Source: Paramecium tetraurelia
Taxonomy: Eukaryota
Direction of reading: 5' to 3'
Assembly: GCA_000165425.1 (NCBI GenBank)
Contig: CT868429.1
Location: 186,001 to 250,000, forward strand
Length of the DNA: 64,000 nt
Below the pieces are notes generated by a model. It was not told the origin of the DNA, did no database searches, and saw only the letters and a list, made by a program, of their open reading frames with translations. How positions within the stretch are numbered: the stretch's first letter is position 1; each line of letters begins with the position of its first letter. The position numbers and the translations under genes were made by a program. This document shows positions 1 to 13,653 of the stretch, piece after piece.

Positions 1-3000
1 ATCATAAAGTGATGAAGTACCTTTACATATAGAATTTGAATAAAGTGATAAGTTACACTTGCATGGAGTCAGTGAATATGGTTATGGCTATTGGGTTAAA
101 TTCCAATATTTTGCAAGCAAGAATACAATATATAGCAGACCACAATTAATGGGATTGAGTAGACTCACCAGTAATAAAGATTACAAAGATTTTGATCATC
201 CAGGAGACAGAGTTCTCTTAGTTTTATTAGGAAAACAATCCTATCATTTTGGAACATATGATGTCATTACCAAATCAAATAATGTAGCTGGAGATATACC
301 TTATCACGTTGACTCTGAAAGTGAATGGACATACATTTATTTCAGTTTTAAGAGAATTTCTCAAACCTAAGGACATGCCATGGCATTCACTCATTATCAA
401 GATACTACATCAGGAATTCAAATGGATGTTATGCACTCATTATTAAATGACTATTTATAATTGACAGTTGGTAACGCAGGTAAATATTATACAAATTTCA
501 ATGGACAAATAACCACAATCAGATTCAATCTTGGTCCAGGTGCCTATATCGATAACAAATAAGGTTTACTCTAAAGAATCAAGAATAAGGATGTTATGCC
601 TGATATATTGGGTCCCACCAAAAAGTATGAGGTTTTGATTGGAAAACACGATGTTACTAAGATAGAGGAGGAACAACATATTACACATATAAATGAAGAG
701 GCCAGAGAATATGGAATCTAATTATGGTTCAGGTGGTTCAAATCACCAGTTAAGACTCAATAGTTGATTTATAGATTCACTTCTTCAAATCCTGATTCGT
801 TGGGTGATGCATAAAAAATAGGAGATAGAACCTTGGCTCTATTCCATACAGATGGTATAGAATTCAGTACTTATAACTTAAATCCTCTATCTTTGTAGAA
901 CACATATGAAGCTAAAATCCCATCATAATAATTGGAAGTCTGGACTTTTGTCTATTTTGGTTATTCCAAACAACATTAGAAAGTTAGTTACTATTTATTG
1001 GCTGATGATGATGAACACAAAGGATTAGAATAAGCTTTACATGTTGTTTCTAACAATTACTGGCTATTCTTAGTAAAGGATGCAATGACAAAACCATTCG
1101 ATAGTAGATTGGCTCAAGTTATTTTGAATATTGGAGATGGCAGTTACAGAGAAGATAACTTCAACACTCTTTAAGTCTATTTGGCAGCTCCTAAATTGTT
1201 TAGCACTGATAGTAAATTTGATTGGGAAGCTGATGATACTATAACATTGGTTTCAGGTGATCCAGACAAATAAGGGTTGAAGATTACATTCTCTGAACCT
1301 GATAGAAACATAGAGAGCGTTTAGGAATATTCAGTTGGTCTATGGACTAGATTCTTATAAGCATGGCCAGAGAGATAATGGCATACTCCATCTGAAATGT
1401 AGATCTTAAGATTAACATACAATGATGAAGTGGATCATGGCAAAATTGCTATTGGAGATAGAATATTAAATGCCATGGTTGTTTTAGACAATTACCAATT
1501 TGGTTCTTATGACTTGAATGATGATGCTCCTAATGAAATCAGTACTATTCCTTATACTCATTTGGAAGGAAGATGGCATTACATATATCTTGGATATAAG
1601 AGACAATTATAGCTAGCTAACTACTTTGTATTTGATGGAGAGGAAATTAAACATGCCACAAATGAGAATTTATTACATAAACCACTTGGCGATTTCATTC
1701 ATTTGATTTTGGGAGGAGAAAAGGATGTTGCTCCATTTTAAGGTTTATTTACTGAAGTAGCTGCTCACTTTGGAGTTGGATCATTCATAGCATCAGGTGA
1801 AGATTTGATGAAATCAATTGATACTAGTTTTGCTTTACCTTAAGAATTAACTGTTGATTATATTCATAAACAAAAACATGGTTAACAATAGTTGATTGGT
1901 GAAAGTGATAATAATGAAGGTAGTGAAAGTACTGGTGATACTTGGAGTGGAGTAGGAGAATATGCTATTTCTGGTTGGTTTAAGATTGCAGAAACTTAAG
2001 TGAAGAAAGAAGGAGAGATAAATTCACCTTGTTAAATATTATTCAGAATCACTAACAATGATAAAGAACATTTAAGTGATCGTAAATCATAAGGAGATAG
2101 AAGCATTACATGCTTAAATATGTACAAGTGACACTGTTAAATTGAGTACTTATACTTTGAAGGGACTCAAGGATTGGAATGAAGCTAAATTCTTAGAAGA
2201 AAAGGTGGAACTTGGAAACTCAAAGAAGGCATGGGCATATTTATATATGGCATACAATGAAAATGCTGGTGAAGTTCAAACTTTATTACACTTATTTGAA
2301 GAAGATAAACCAATTATATTCAAAGGAGTTCAACACTTTGTTCCACATTTCATAGGAATCTATGTAGGCAAGGACCCTCATAGTAGAAGATTCTAAGGAG
2401 AGTTGTAGAAATGGGTTGCTTAATACGGATAAGGAGCATTTGTTGATGTAATGAAGAAAGGCTATGAAGATACTCTACCTAACTTTAGACATATTCAAAT
2501 CAATTAAAAATATCTCTGGTTTGAAAAAGAAGATAGAATCATTTAAACACCTGAAAAGGTTGAATAAACATTCACATCTGAAACTGAATCAGTCGATGAA
2601 TATGCAGTTGGTGTTTGGACTAGATGGTTAATAGCATTCCCTACTACTCTGACTGATAGAGCAGATGTCCACACTATTTTCAGATTCTCAAGCACTCGTC
2701 AATATTAAGATAAGAGCGAATTAGGAAACAGAGTATTGTCAGCCTTCCTTACAAAAGGAAATTACGAATTCAGTACATATGATGCATCTAAACCTACTAA
2801 TGCAGTTGATGCTAAATTGCCATATGATAATATTGAAGGCGAATGGACTTATATCTATGCTGCCTATAAGAATAAGAACTTCTATGGTATGGTCTTATTC
2901 AAGGATCAATAAAAGGCAGCCCATCTAAATATTGAGGTCACTCATCAGGTGTTAACTGGTTATGCTCACTTTGTCTTAGGTGCTAATGAATTCGGATATA

Positions 3001-3872
3001 AGGCATTCCACGGCTGGTTCTATGATCCAAGAATATTCTTAGGTGCTGGAAGTTACATCAGTGAATCCCAAAAGGTCGTAGAGATGATCCATAAATTACA
3101 CAGGAAATTACCAGTTACACCTTAATAGGCAGAAGATTTCAAATGGCCAGTCTCTTTGTTGGACACAACCAATCAGGATGACCTTGATTCTAAGAAGGAT
3201 TAATTGAATTTTGAATTCACAGACAAAGCAGAAATGTAATCTTACAGTATTGGATTCTGGTTCCAAAATGCCGTTTTACTCCCAGAAATGGAAAATGAGT
3301 ACACTGGTTTAGTTCGTTTTAACTACAAATGGACCTGATCTTGCTGCAGATGATAAGTTTATTGGAGATAGAACCTTAGCATTCTTTGCAAAAACCGATA
3401 ATTTGATGGCTAGTACCTATACAATAAAAGACCCTTCATTTGAGCCATTGTCTCATACCTTTGAAATCAAAGAGCTCTAGTGGACTTTCGTGTACTTTGG
3501 ATATGAGAATCATCATGCTAGAGCTTATGTACTTACTCCTAAAGGACCAACTGAAAAGATTTTCATAGCTTAGCATATTGTTCCTAACGCATTCTACCTA
3601 AGAGTAGTAAATGATATTGGACATCCATCATTTTGGGTAACTTATTCTTTAAATCATATAGGGTAAAATCTATGGATTGAAGGCCAACTTTGGTGAGGGT
3701 AGCTATCTTGAGAATCCTTTGGAGTTAATAGACAAATGGCCATATGATTCAAAGAAACATTCTGATATTGACAAATCAGGAGAAAAAGTCTTATGTATTA
3801 TTATTGAAATATCTAATAGCTATTAATTCTGCCAAAGTTACAAAATAAAAGAATGATGATGCTAATGAATGA
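1..3872 (+). CDS. 3' part of a large protein with tandem ~210-aa LamG/concanavalin-A-like beta-sandwich repeats (5' end outside window)
   Basis: Long reading frame in ciliate code with six repeats of the pattern EY.hG.W..F...R.T.N....GDR.L....F.TY....W.Y.Y.GY starting near 74, 707, 1325, 1958, 2598 and 3240. Two 25-nt introns (3637-3661, 3795-3819); TGA at 3870-3872. Two single-base frameshifts (~2102, ~3320). The fold call is inferred from the motif pattern. Confidence 0.75.
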
Positions 3873-3899
3873 GCTATAAACTTATAGATCAGTATTTAT

Positions 3900-5859
3900 T
3901 TTAACATCTTCAACATATATTTAAAATCTATAATATTTTTGAGTACTATAATAAAATATGAATCAATTTCTTAAGGCTTCTTTCAATTTACTCTTTCTTT
4001 AATTTCCATTCATCTATGCCAAAATGCGCTACATCAACGCAGCCTTATAAGGATTGTTTTGATCAATGTCTCTAACCAATTGTTTTGGATCAAGGTATTT
4101 TTTTCTTATAAATTCAAGATCATTTCTAAGAATATATTTTAAATTTACAATCTCTAAAGATATACTTTATGAACATTATTTAGTTATGAGTTGTCATTAG
4201 TAGTCTAAACCTGTTATCTCTACCTCTTAGGAGCATAATCATCTAATATGTCTTAATCTTAGAACACATTGTAAGTTTATTGCTATTATTTCCTCTCCTG
4301 GGGTGGTTATTCTTGGTGTTAAACTTAATGCGGTTGGTTTAATTGGTAGATTCTATCTGCCTATCGTTATTCTGTTGTTGGTTATTTGAAAATGTTGTCT
4401 TGCATAACTTATTTTCTTATTCTTTCATCGTTAAAATTCTTTCTGCTTTGTGTTGATCTCTCTTAGGAGGAAGCTTAAAAAGATTGGACCTAAGGTTGTG
4501 TGTATTGAGATTAAGGCTGACTAATTTTAAATGGTGATTCCTGCAAAATGGGAGATTAATGTTGTTGAATTTTAGGTTGTTGCTATTAGAATTTAAACTA
4601 GGGAATTTATTATTGAGGAGGTGCCATTTACATATCATATCCATGCTTCATCTTATCAAACATCTCATCATCAAATAAATGCTTGTATTTGTTATAAAAT
4701 TGTTATGACATTATTTATAATTATTTATATTTGTTATATAAATCTATGTGACCATCGTGTTGGTATTTGCATTAGTGTATTAATTAAAGCTATACTTATG
4801 GACAATGATATTCTTAATTTCAAAAGATTAGACTCTCATCAATTTAAAATTATAGAATATATAGATCATTGTAGCCATTAAATACAAGAATACAATTATC
4901 ATAATCAGTGTGTGGTTGGAATTTTGATATTGTGATGGTATATTAAGGTAAGATCTTCAAGGTCTTTTTTTGGGTATCTTTATAGAACTTTTAAGAGTTA
5001 CTCTAACTTCTCTAAAGTCCATTATTAATATAGATTACGTTAAACTTTGATTCTAACATAAATCTAATCAGGAAAATTACCTTGTTGAAAAAGCTTAGAA
5101 GGATCTCTAATAATTATAGTGTTTCTGTATGTAGTCGTATTATTCTTGCAAGGATTTACTTTCATTTGATAATTATAAAAACACGAAACAGACTATCAAC
5201 GAATCCTCTAAGATGGAGATCTTCTTAGAGGATGATTGTATTTCAAACTTTTTTAAATGGTCTAAGATTTAAAAAACAAAGAACAACTTCTCCTAGAATT
5301 AAGGGTCTTCTTTGAGTTTTTTAATATTAGATTTGCTATTGGTTGACTATTTCTTTTGGCTGGTTTCCCCCAGATTGATTTTTTAAAATTGTCCAGAGTT
5401 TTGTAAACTTAAATCCATGATATGTGGAGGTTGGTTGTTCAATTAGGAGCTCTGATCATTCTTTTGGCAATAACTCTATTATTTTTTTCTGCTCAGTCCT
5501 TGACTCAACACAAAGTCCTAGATGGATTATAAGCTATCCATGCAGTGTTCCACATATTTTTCCTTTAACATCTTGGTGTTATCAGAGAGATATGTGATAT
5601 AATTGGCTTGTTCTGGAAGTAAGAACCTCTTGTCAATTTTAATGAAATTGGATTGAGGGGAATTATTAGACTAATCTTGACGATGAGAGTGCAATTCAGA
5701 AGCCAATTAGGGACTCTGAACTCCTGATGGCGCACTTTGAATGTTTACATGGTTGAACTATTCTGTGATCTCTTGAAGATTTCTTTATTCTTCACTTTGG
5801 AACTAACTTGGTTTTTTGAAGTCTTCAATCTCCTCTGATCTTTCATCCTATTGTGACAT
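3900..5859 (-). CDS. Hypothetical low-complexity (Q/N/S/K-rich) protein; 3' end uncertain
   Basis: ATG at 5859 (MSQQDERSEEIEDFKK...), long frame in ciliate code, C-terminal RNDLEFIRKKYLDPKQLVRDID; no recognisable domain. Confidence 0.55.
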
Positions 5860-5962
5860 GACTGATTTCAATTACAAATTTAATTTTCTTAACTATAAAA
5901 TTATAATCTGATGAATAAAAAGTATTAATTTGAATGCAAATTATAATAATTTATTATAAATA

Positions 5963-8900
5963 ATGAAATTACAAGTGAATAATCGAATTAATCCTGATTT
6001 GTTATTTGCTCGTTTGGCAGCAGGAGTCAATCATTGTTTGGCAATACAAAGCGAAGGAGACAAGACTACAGCTCCATAAACATTTTAATTATGGGGTTGG
6101 GGAAGCAATGAATTTTAAGCATTAGGGAAACCAGAAAGCATAGATGCCGAAATTCAACCCTCTCCAGTGAAAATCTATCTAGAACACAAACAAAAACCAT
6201 ACGTGCCTTTGTAAGTGGCCTGTGGTAACCAACACAGTATGGTTCTTGCATGCAGTCAAGATTAATTTACAAACATCTTTAGACATCCTCAGCATATGGA
6301 TGATAGTTTTAGTTATGACTTAGGTTTTAAGAGTCTGCGTTACGACGACTGTGTAATATTCTCCAGTGGGAGTGATGAATTTGGACAATAGGGAAGAATG
6401 ACAGATAAAGAATAATCCTAAGAGGAAATTGAGGAGGGTGAGTAAGAAGACGATGATGAAGATGATTATAATGAATAAGAGGAGTGTTTTAGAATGAAAG
6501 GAGTGGTTGAAAGCATCTCTAAAGTATGTTAAATCTCCTGTGGAGCAAATTACACATTAGCATTAGACATATATGGATCAGTGTACTCTTGGGGAGAGGG
6601 GGCAACAGGTTGTTTGGGTTTACCAATGTAAGTAGATTAATAAAGACCGACAAGAATTGATTTTGATAAGATTAGAATGAAATTTATCAGTGCTGGTCCT
6701 TCACATGCTGCCAGTATATCTGAAGGATAAGGATCACTATATACTTGGGGAGTTGGGACATATGGATAATTAGGACATGGCATAAACAAGAGTTCTAATG
6801 TGCCAATGAGTGTTGATGCTGGGTCTGTTATAGGTAAGGTTGTCGAATATGTCTCATGTGGAGCTATGCATACAGCATGTACAACTACTGATGGATATGC
6901 ACACACTTTTGGATTTAATAAGAATGGGTAATTGGGCACAGGAGACTTTAATGATAGGTGGGAACCTGTGAAAGTTCATTCCATACAAAATTTCTATGCA
7001 GTTTATGCTAAATGTGGTGGTAATACAACTTTTATTACTACATTGGAGAGATTAACTTTTGCTTTTGGATCTAATTCAAAGGGTAGATTAGGTATTAAGG
7101 ATGAATTTGGAAGTAATTATCCAGAACCTCAAAGAATTGATACTAGCTACTTTAAATCTAAATAACAATTTATTTATCAATTAGCCCTATCTTACCATTA
7201 TGGATTGGCCTTACTATAAAGTGGATCCATTATATCATTTGGTCTACCTTTTAAAGGAATTTTAGGTAGAGATCTCTAAGCTGAATTATTGCCTAAGAAT
7301 TATCTGACCAACAATTCCATGAACGATGATTACAAATAAGGAGACGATGATGAAGGAGAAGAAATGGCTCAAAATAAATTAAATGAAGTCTTGAATACAA
7401 TTAAGCCAGATTTGCTATAGTCATTGATTGAACCCAAAAACATCAATGAAGAGTTTTTGTTTTTTGGGATGCATTGCACTGAATTCATTAATAAATTACA
7501 GAAGGAAATCAAGGCATCTTCCTATATAGTCGATGTCAAATGTGGTGCCTTTCACACAGTAGCCTTGACTGATGCAGGTGAAGTTTGGGTTTGGGGGAGT
7601 AACAAATGCATGTAGCATGGTTTAAAAGATGAATAAATTATTGAATAAGTTAAAACGAGGACTAAGTTCATTGGTCCTTTTATTCAGGAAACAATTGCAG
7701 AAACTTCTTATCCTAGTTAAGTCTTAACATTCTCAATTAGAGAAAATAAAAGAGTGACTTATTTAGCAACAGGGTTAGAATATGTAGTGGTTGTTGAAAA
7801 CAGACGTAACATTTATTCATGGGGCAAGAATGATAAGGGATAATTAGGTTTAGGATTTGTTAGTGACTTTGTTGAAACTCCATCCATGTTAACAGATCTA
7901 GAAGGATTTATGGTTAAATAGGTATCATGTGGGGAAGATCACACATTAATATTAGATGAAGGCGGCTCTCTTTATGCAGTGGGTTCTCCAGTCGATGGAA
8001 AATTAGGATTGGGACCCAAGAACTCAGTTGTTTTGTAAACATAGAAGGTTCCCTTCATTTTTGATGTAGCTAAAGTAGCTGTTGGTCCTCATCATTCAAT
8101 GGCTTTGGTTATAGATAAAAAGTATAATGAAAGAGTCATAAAGACAAAAGCAAATGAAAGGAATTAAGAAGACAATTCTTAAAAATATGTCATCTACACA
8201 TGGGGAAATGGATATGGAGGAAAATTGGGGCATGGTAATTTAGATAATCAATACTATCCTAAATTATTATAAACCAAATATTCATTTAAGGATGTATCAG
8301 CAGCAGGAACTAATCATTCTGGAGCGTTAACAATTGATGATCAAATAGTAGTCTGGGGTGTAGGTTCATATTTAGGAATAGCTAAGCCTGAAGATGACAC
8401 TGATGATAAATAGCATCTGAAATCAGACAAAGATTAAGAGGCTGAGCCCTATTATATTGTGTCACCCATCAAGCACAATGATTTAGCTACAAGGAAGTAC
8501 AAAAGTCTGTGTTTGGGTGATCGTTACAATATGGCCATAAGTAAGTAGAACAAGGCATTTGTCTGGGGGTTGTTTGATTATGATTTCTAAGAGAAGTTAA
8601 AAAATCAATGTGCCAATGCTGCACAAAGGGAGAAATATGTTGAAGTCCTTATGACCAATATTGTCAATACTCCCTTGTGTGATATTTAATTTACAACAGT
8701 CAGCTGCAGTTTCAATCATGCAGTGGCTTTGACAGAAAACCAAGATGTAAAGGAATTGTTCTCTTGGGGCTATGATGGAATGACTGGTAGATTGGGTTTA
8801 GGTTATGAATTTATAAATCCAGATAAGGAAAATGAAATGTAATTGCAGAATAAAAATTAGTAATAAGTGAAGAAGGAAAACATCAAGACTTTGAAGACTC

Positions 8901-11900
8901 TCTTTATTAAACCAGAACCACTCTAGTTTATAAATTAATATCTTGATTACACTTTCAAACAATATCAATTAATGCAATTGCAGGCAGATAAGGTTGATGA
9001 TGATGAGGATGAATTTGAAGAAGAGTTTAAACGAAAAGATCAGAAGAAGGCAGGAATGAATACAGATGGGTTTCAACTAAATAATAAAAAGATGTCAAAG
9101 CGACCATTAAGCAAAAGAGTCTTTGTGGGTGCTTCTTTAGGGATGATCGAAGAGGGCAAATTGATTTGTAAATCTTCTTGGGAACAATTCATTAATGAAT
9201 CCAAACCAGATATATATAGATGTTCATATGTTGATAGAGGAGATGATCTAGAAAGAGTGTCGAGTACAAAAAGAGTCAATTTTTTTGAAGAAAAACCTGT
9301 TGATGATGTCTACGATGCAATCTTAGAATTGGATCAAGAAAATCAACGACTCTATAAAGAAATTAAGGAAATACATTTATAGGAATTTAGGAAATTCAAA
9401 GATGAAGCCATGCTGACAATTATCAACAAAGTTTAACGCAAGCCCTTCGATATTCAGTTTAAAACTGAAGAAAAGGACAAGGATAAGAAGAAAGAGAAAA
9501 AAACAAAGAAACATGAAGCTTATTATACTTGTTCGTTGTGTTATAAAATAATGTTTACAATGCTTCAGTTGCACCCTTGCTACTTTATAAATATCTTTAA
9601 GCATGGAGGATTGAGCAAGAAGAACTTTGTTGATTTGGTGATGGACACATTTGGAGACATCTCCAATGATAAACGAAAGTACCGTATCTTAATCAATCTA
9701 TTGGTACAAATACTTCGTTTAGAATTACAAAGTTTGACTAGCAAAAAGTTGATCTTCACATAAAAAGAGACAAATGAACCTTCCTTGTATGCATTTACTA
9801 ATTTGTTTATTTAATTCCAAGGATAATTTGGTTAATGCATCACAACTAACTTAAAATTGATAGAAACTTCAGTCAAAACTATTGAAAATAAATTAACAAG
9901 TGGAATTGCGAAGAACCTCAAACCTGTTGCATTGGTCTTTAGTTAGAATCATCTCTAAAATCCTGGATGCGATGTACTATTGCCTAAATTTGATGGTCCA
10001 TAAGAAAATAAATTTTTTTAAGAAAGAGTTGAATTCATCAAAGGATTTTGGGATGAATTCGCTCCAAAATTAACAAACTTTTTGCCTTAAGATAAGAAAG
10101 GACCATATGATGTACCAGTTGCAGTGAGGGAGCTATTTTTAAAAACTTATGAAGTAGTAAAGCCTTTCTTTTAAAAGAACAATCAACAAATAGAATAAAT
10201 TCAATGTAGAATGCTTGGGTTATATTATCAAAACTATTAGAATATGTTTATATCAACTGCTTAGAAATCGGAGTCAGAGAAAACAATAGACTAAAAGGCA
10301 GAATCAAATTTTTTGAATATTAAATGTTTTTTGGAAATGTTTGACTTTTTTATCAACGATAGAGAAGAGGAACCTGAAAATGTTCCTTTGTGGTAGAATA
10401 TCACTGAAATATTTGCAAATCATGCTCCCAGAAGAATCACTGCATTTAATGCAATAGCCTATGGTGCAAGTACAACAAACGGAATACAAAATAATAAATT
10501 GCCAGAGAAGATTCAAATGGCCAGCAAATACATATCAAAGAATGAAGTAAACAAAGTAAAGGATATATATTTTCATGCAATAGAGTACAGTGACGATATA
10601 ATAATTCCAAGAGTTAAGTCAATCTATTGGGCCACTAAAAGCATTGTTGAGAATATATAGAAAATTAAGTATGTCTCAGCAGAGAACTAAGATCTTATGG
10701 AATAGTTTGCCAAGAGTATTAAGACTCAAGCAGTTAGTTATCTAACCGAAGCAGAACCTGATGAGACTTCTGGATAAGAGAGAATTCAAGTTAAACTGAA
10801 AACTCGATAATTATATTACACTACAATGTCATTGTCATTGAGACATTGCAGTGACTGTGGATGTTATGCCATAGAATCCTTTTTGAGAACTGAAGATTAA
10901 CCCCCTTTTCATAGATTTGATTAGTGGAACCCTGTGAGTTTATCTGCTCTTTTGATAAGAATAGTTTCGTGTTTTAAAAATAAGAAAGATTTTGATGATT
11001 TTTTGGCTGGGTAAAATGATGTGACTACGACTCTAAAGAAGAAGGCAGCAATGTAAAAGGAATAAGGGTTTTTTGGAAATATTATAAAATTAAAAGAATT
11101 CGAGAAGGCATTTGATGAGAAAGTCTAATTTAACATAGAGTAATCTGATGAAGTGGTCGAAGATTAGAAGTTAGCTAGAACCAAGGAGAGCAAAAAAGTG
11201 TTAAGAGAGTTGAGACTATAGATTTAAGACAGATTGATATCAGTTTACAAATATTTGTATAATATGGAAAAGAACATGGTTGCTTTGGATGCAATCAATT
11301 TTGAATTACAAGAAAAGATTACCAAATTCAAGACAGAGAAGGTAGGTTTATACAACAGAATAATATCAAATTGTTATTTTGGAATGGCAAATAAAGAGTT
11401 AATAAAACAACTTCAAAGCAATCCTGTTGCTATGGTTGGTTAAATTAAGGATGCCATCAAACAAGTGAGTACATCAACTGAAATTTATGAGAATATAGAT
11501 GTTTTTAAGAAGAGTGCTGATCAACCTAGTTATTTGAGCATTTTCGGAAGCTATTCATATAGCATTCTTCAATCTCGTAAAATAATTGATTCGATCAAAT
11601 CTATGGCATATGATGACATTTAAAGACATACCAAATAATAGTAATTAAATATCATATTTGTAGAGTCACTCCTAATGTTATCAACAATAGATTAGTGTTT
11701 TCATTTCAAAAAGACACAAATTCTAACAGTTTACTCGTTGTGATAGTGTATTCAGAAGTGGAATTTGATTGGAAACAAACTGTTAGTTGTGGTCTAATTT
11801 AGCCAGTAAAAATACAATAATTATTATTTAGAAAATAGATCCAATCGAATTCATAGTGGATTAATTTGTAGTTGAAACGACGACTATTCTCTAAATGAGA

Positions 11901-12080
11901 AAGGATATCGCTTTGGCAATAGACATTGAGAAACCTTAACCTTTAGGGAAATATTGCAATTTTAGAAAGAAAGGGTTGATGCAACTCTTAGATGAACTTA
12001 CAAACCATGCTGTTATTTATGATCATTTGTACGTTGAGCCAGAGAAAAAAGATTAACATCATCATCAATAAAAAAAATGA
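5963..12080 (+). CDS. ~2000-aa protein: N-terminal RCC1 repeats plus IQGAP-type RasGAP-related domain and RasGAP C-terminal-like region
   Basis: One frame 5963-11640, then introns 11641-11663 and ~11806-11831; TGA at 12078-12080. Many RCC1 motifs ([46 protein letters not shown]). [11 protein letters not shown]...[28 protein letters not shown] resembles the start of the IQGAP GAP-related domain. Confidence 0.8.
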
Positions 12081-12099
12081 GTATATAAAGTTAATCACA

Positions 12100-13653
12100 T
12101 CAACGTATACTAATATTCTGTGGAACCAATTAGCATTTATTGTTTTATGATTCACCAAGATCTTTAAAGGATATATATTCCAAAATCTCAATGTCTCATC
12201 TCCTGCTCCAGTCACAATGGTATATCCATCAGGAGACATAGCTAAATAGAGAACACTTTAAATTAATAAATGATATCTTACCGACTAGTGTGTCCAACCA
12301 AAGTTGCGATTCTTTTCATTCCATTACATTTCCACAATATAATCTAATGCTGACTGTAACCATGAGTAGAAATGAGTTCATTTTCCATCTTACTGAACAT
12401 TAAATTGCAAACTTAACTTCCAGTATCTTCCTTTGATAATAGTTTTCCTTCTAAAGCATTCCAAAATCTGATAGTTTTATCTGCAGTTCCTCCACCACTT
12501 GCTAATAATCCATGTTAATGAGGACTCCAAGCTATAGCTTTGACAGCTGCTTAATGTTCTGTGAATTTGAATATAGGTTTATCATGTTATGCTGCACTCC
12601 AAATGTATAATTTATTATCATTTCCTCCAGAGGCTAATAATTGACTGTCTGGTGACCATTTCAATCCACAAACTTCTTATTTATGAGCAGTCTATTTGAA
12701 GAAGTAGTCTTCCTTTTGTCTTAAATCTCTTTAAAGTATTGATTTATCTCTTGAACCACTACTCAACATATTCTCAGCAAAACATAGGGTTCCTACTCTG
12801 GCAACATGACTTTTATAAGTCCTTACTTTTTGTAATTTACAAGCATCCCATATTTATACTTCTCCATTGTTTGTTCCCACTCCCAAGAATGGTCCTCTCA
12901 AAGACCATCCAACACTAGTGACTATGTCATTACTCAGATCTAGCAACTTGGTTACTTTTGATGATTAGGCATTCCTACTTTTAAATTAGAATTGTACCAC
13001 AGATATACACAGTTGCTTAGTGCTACAGAAAGGGTGTTTTGATTGCTCCAATCTATTAAATTTAAATAGAAATCATCTTGTAATTAAGGGGCATCCAAAA
13101 CTTTAAAAGGCACTTTTGGAATTTTTCTTATGTATTTCCCATAATAGCTGGACATAGTTTCTGGCAATGCGAAGTATTTATGATCCACCAAAGGACTTTT
13201 ATTATTTTTATTGTTTACCTATTGTAATTTTTTGGATCTATAGAATCTATATAATGTAGATGTTCGTTCTTGTATTAGAAATTATTTTGGTTCACAAATT
13301 TTAGTGAACCATTTTCTGGCTCCATTACAGGCTCCTAATCAAGAATTTACTGCTTATAAAGCATTTCCAAGGCTGCCTAAGATGATGCTATGTCTTGGGC
13401 TGGAGCCTTGGTTTCAGATAGTATATTGAATTTCTTCTTGATCATTGGGATGAAACGATCTCCAGCACAACTGTTCCTTCTCTTCTAATCTGAATTTCCT
13501 AAATTGATTAAATTTTCCTATTGCTAAGCACTTATCGGATCCGGTTACTTCCCATGCATCATCGTTTAAATCTTACATTAAGAACTCTGAGCGCATGAAC
13601 TAGAGCAATGCTAAATTATAAAACCCTATTACTTGAAGTTTTAGCTATGACAT
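12100..13653 (-). CDS. FZR1: APC/C activator Cdc20/Cdh1 (Fizzy-related) WD40 protein
   Basis: C-box [61 protein letters not shown]. The C-terminal IR tail (NISIR-TGA at 12100-12102) is reached only via a 1-nt indel near 12166. Three tiny introns. Confidence 0.92.

Noticed and set aside
2095..3330. Euplotes-type programmed +1 ribosomal frameshifting
   Set aside because: The sites lack the AAA-TAR context and TAR is sense (Gln) here; single-base errors or decay are simpler explanations.
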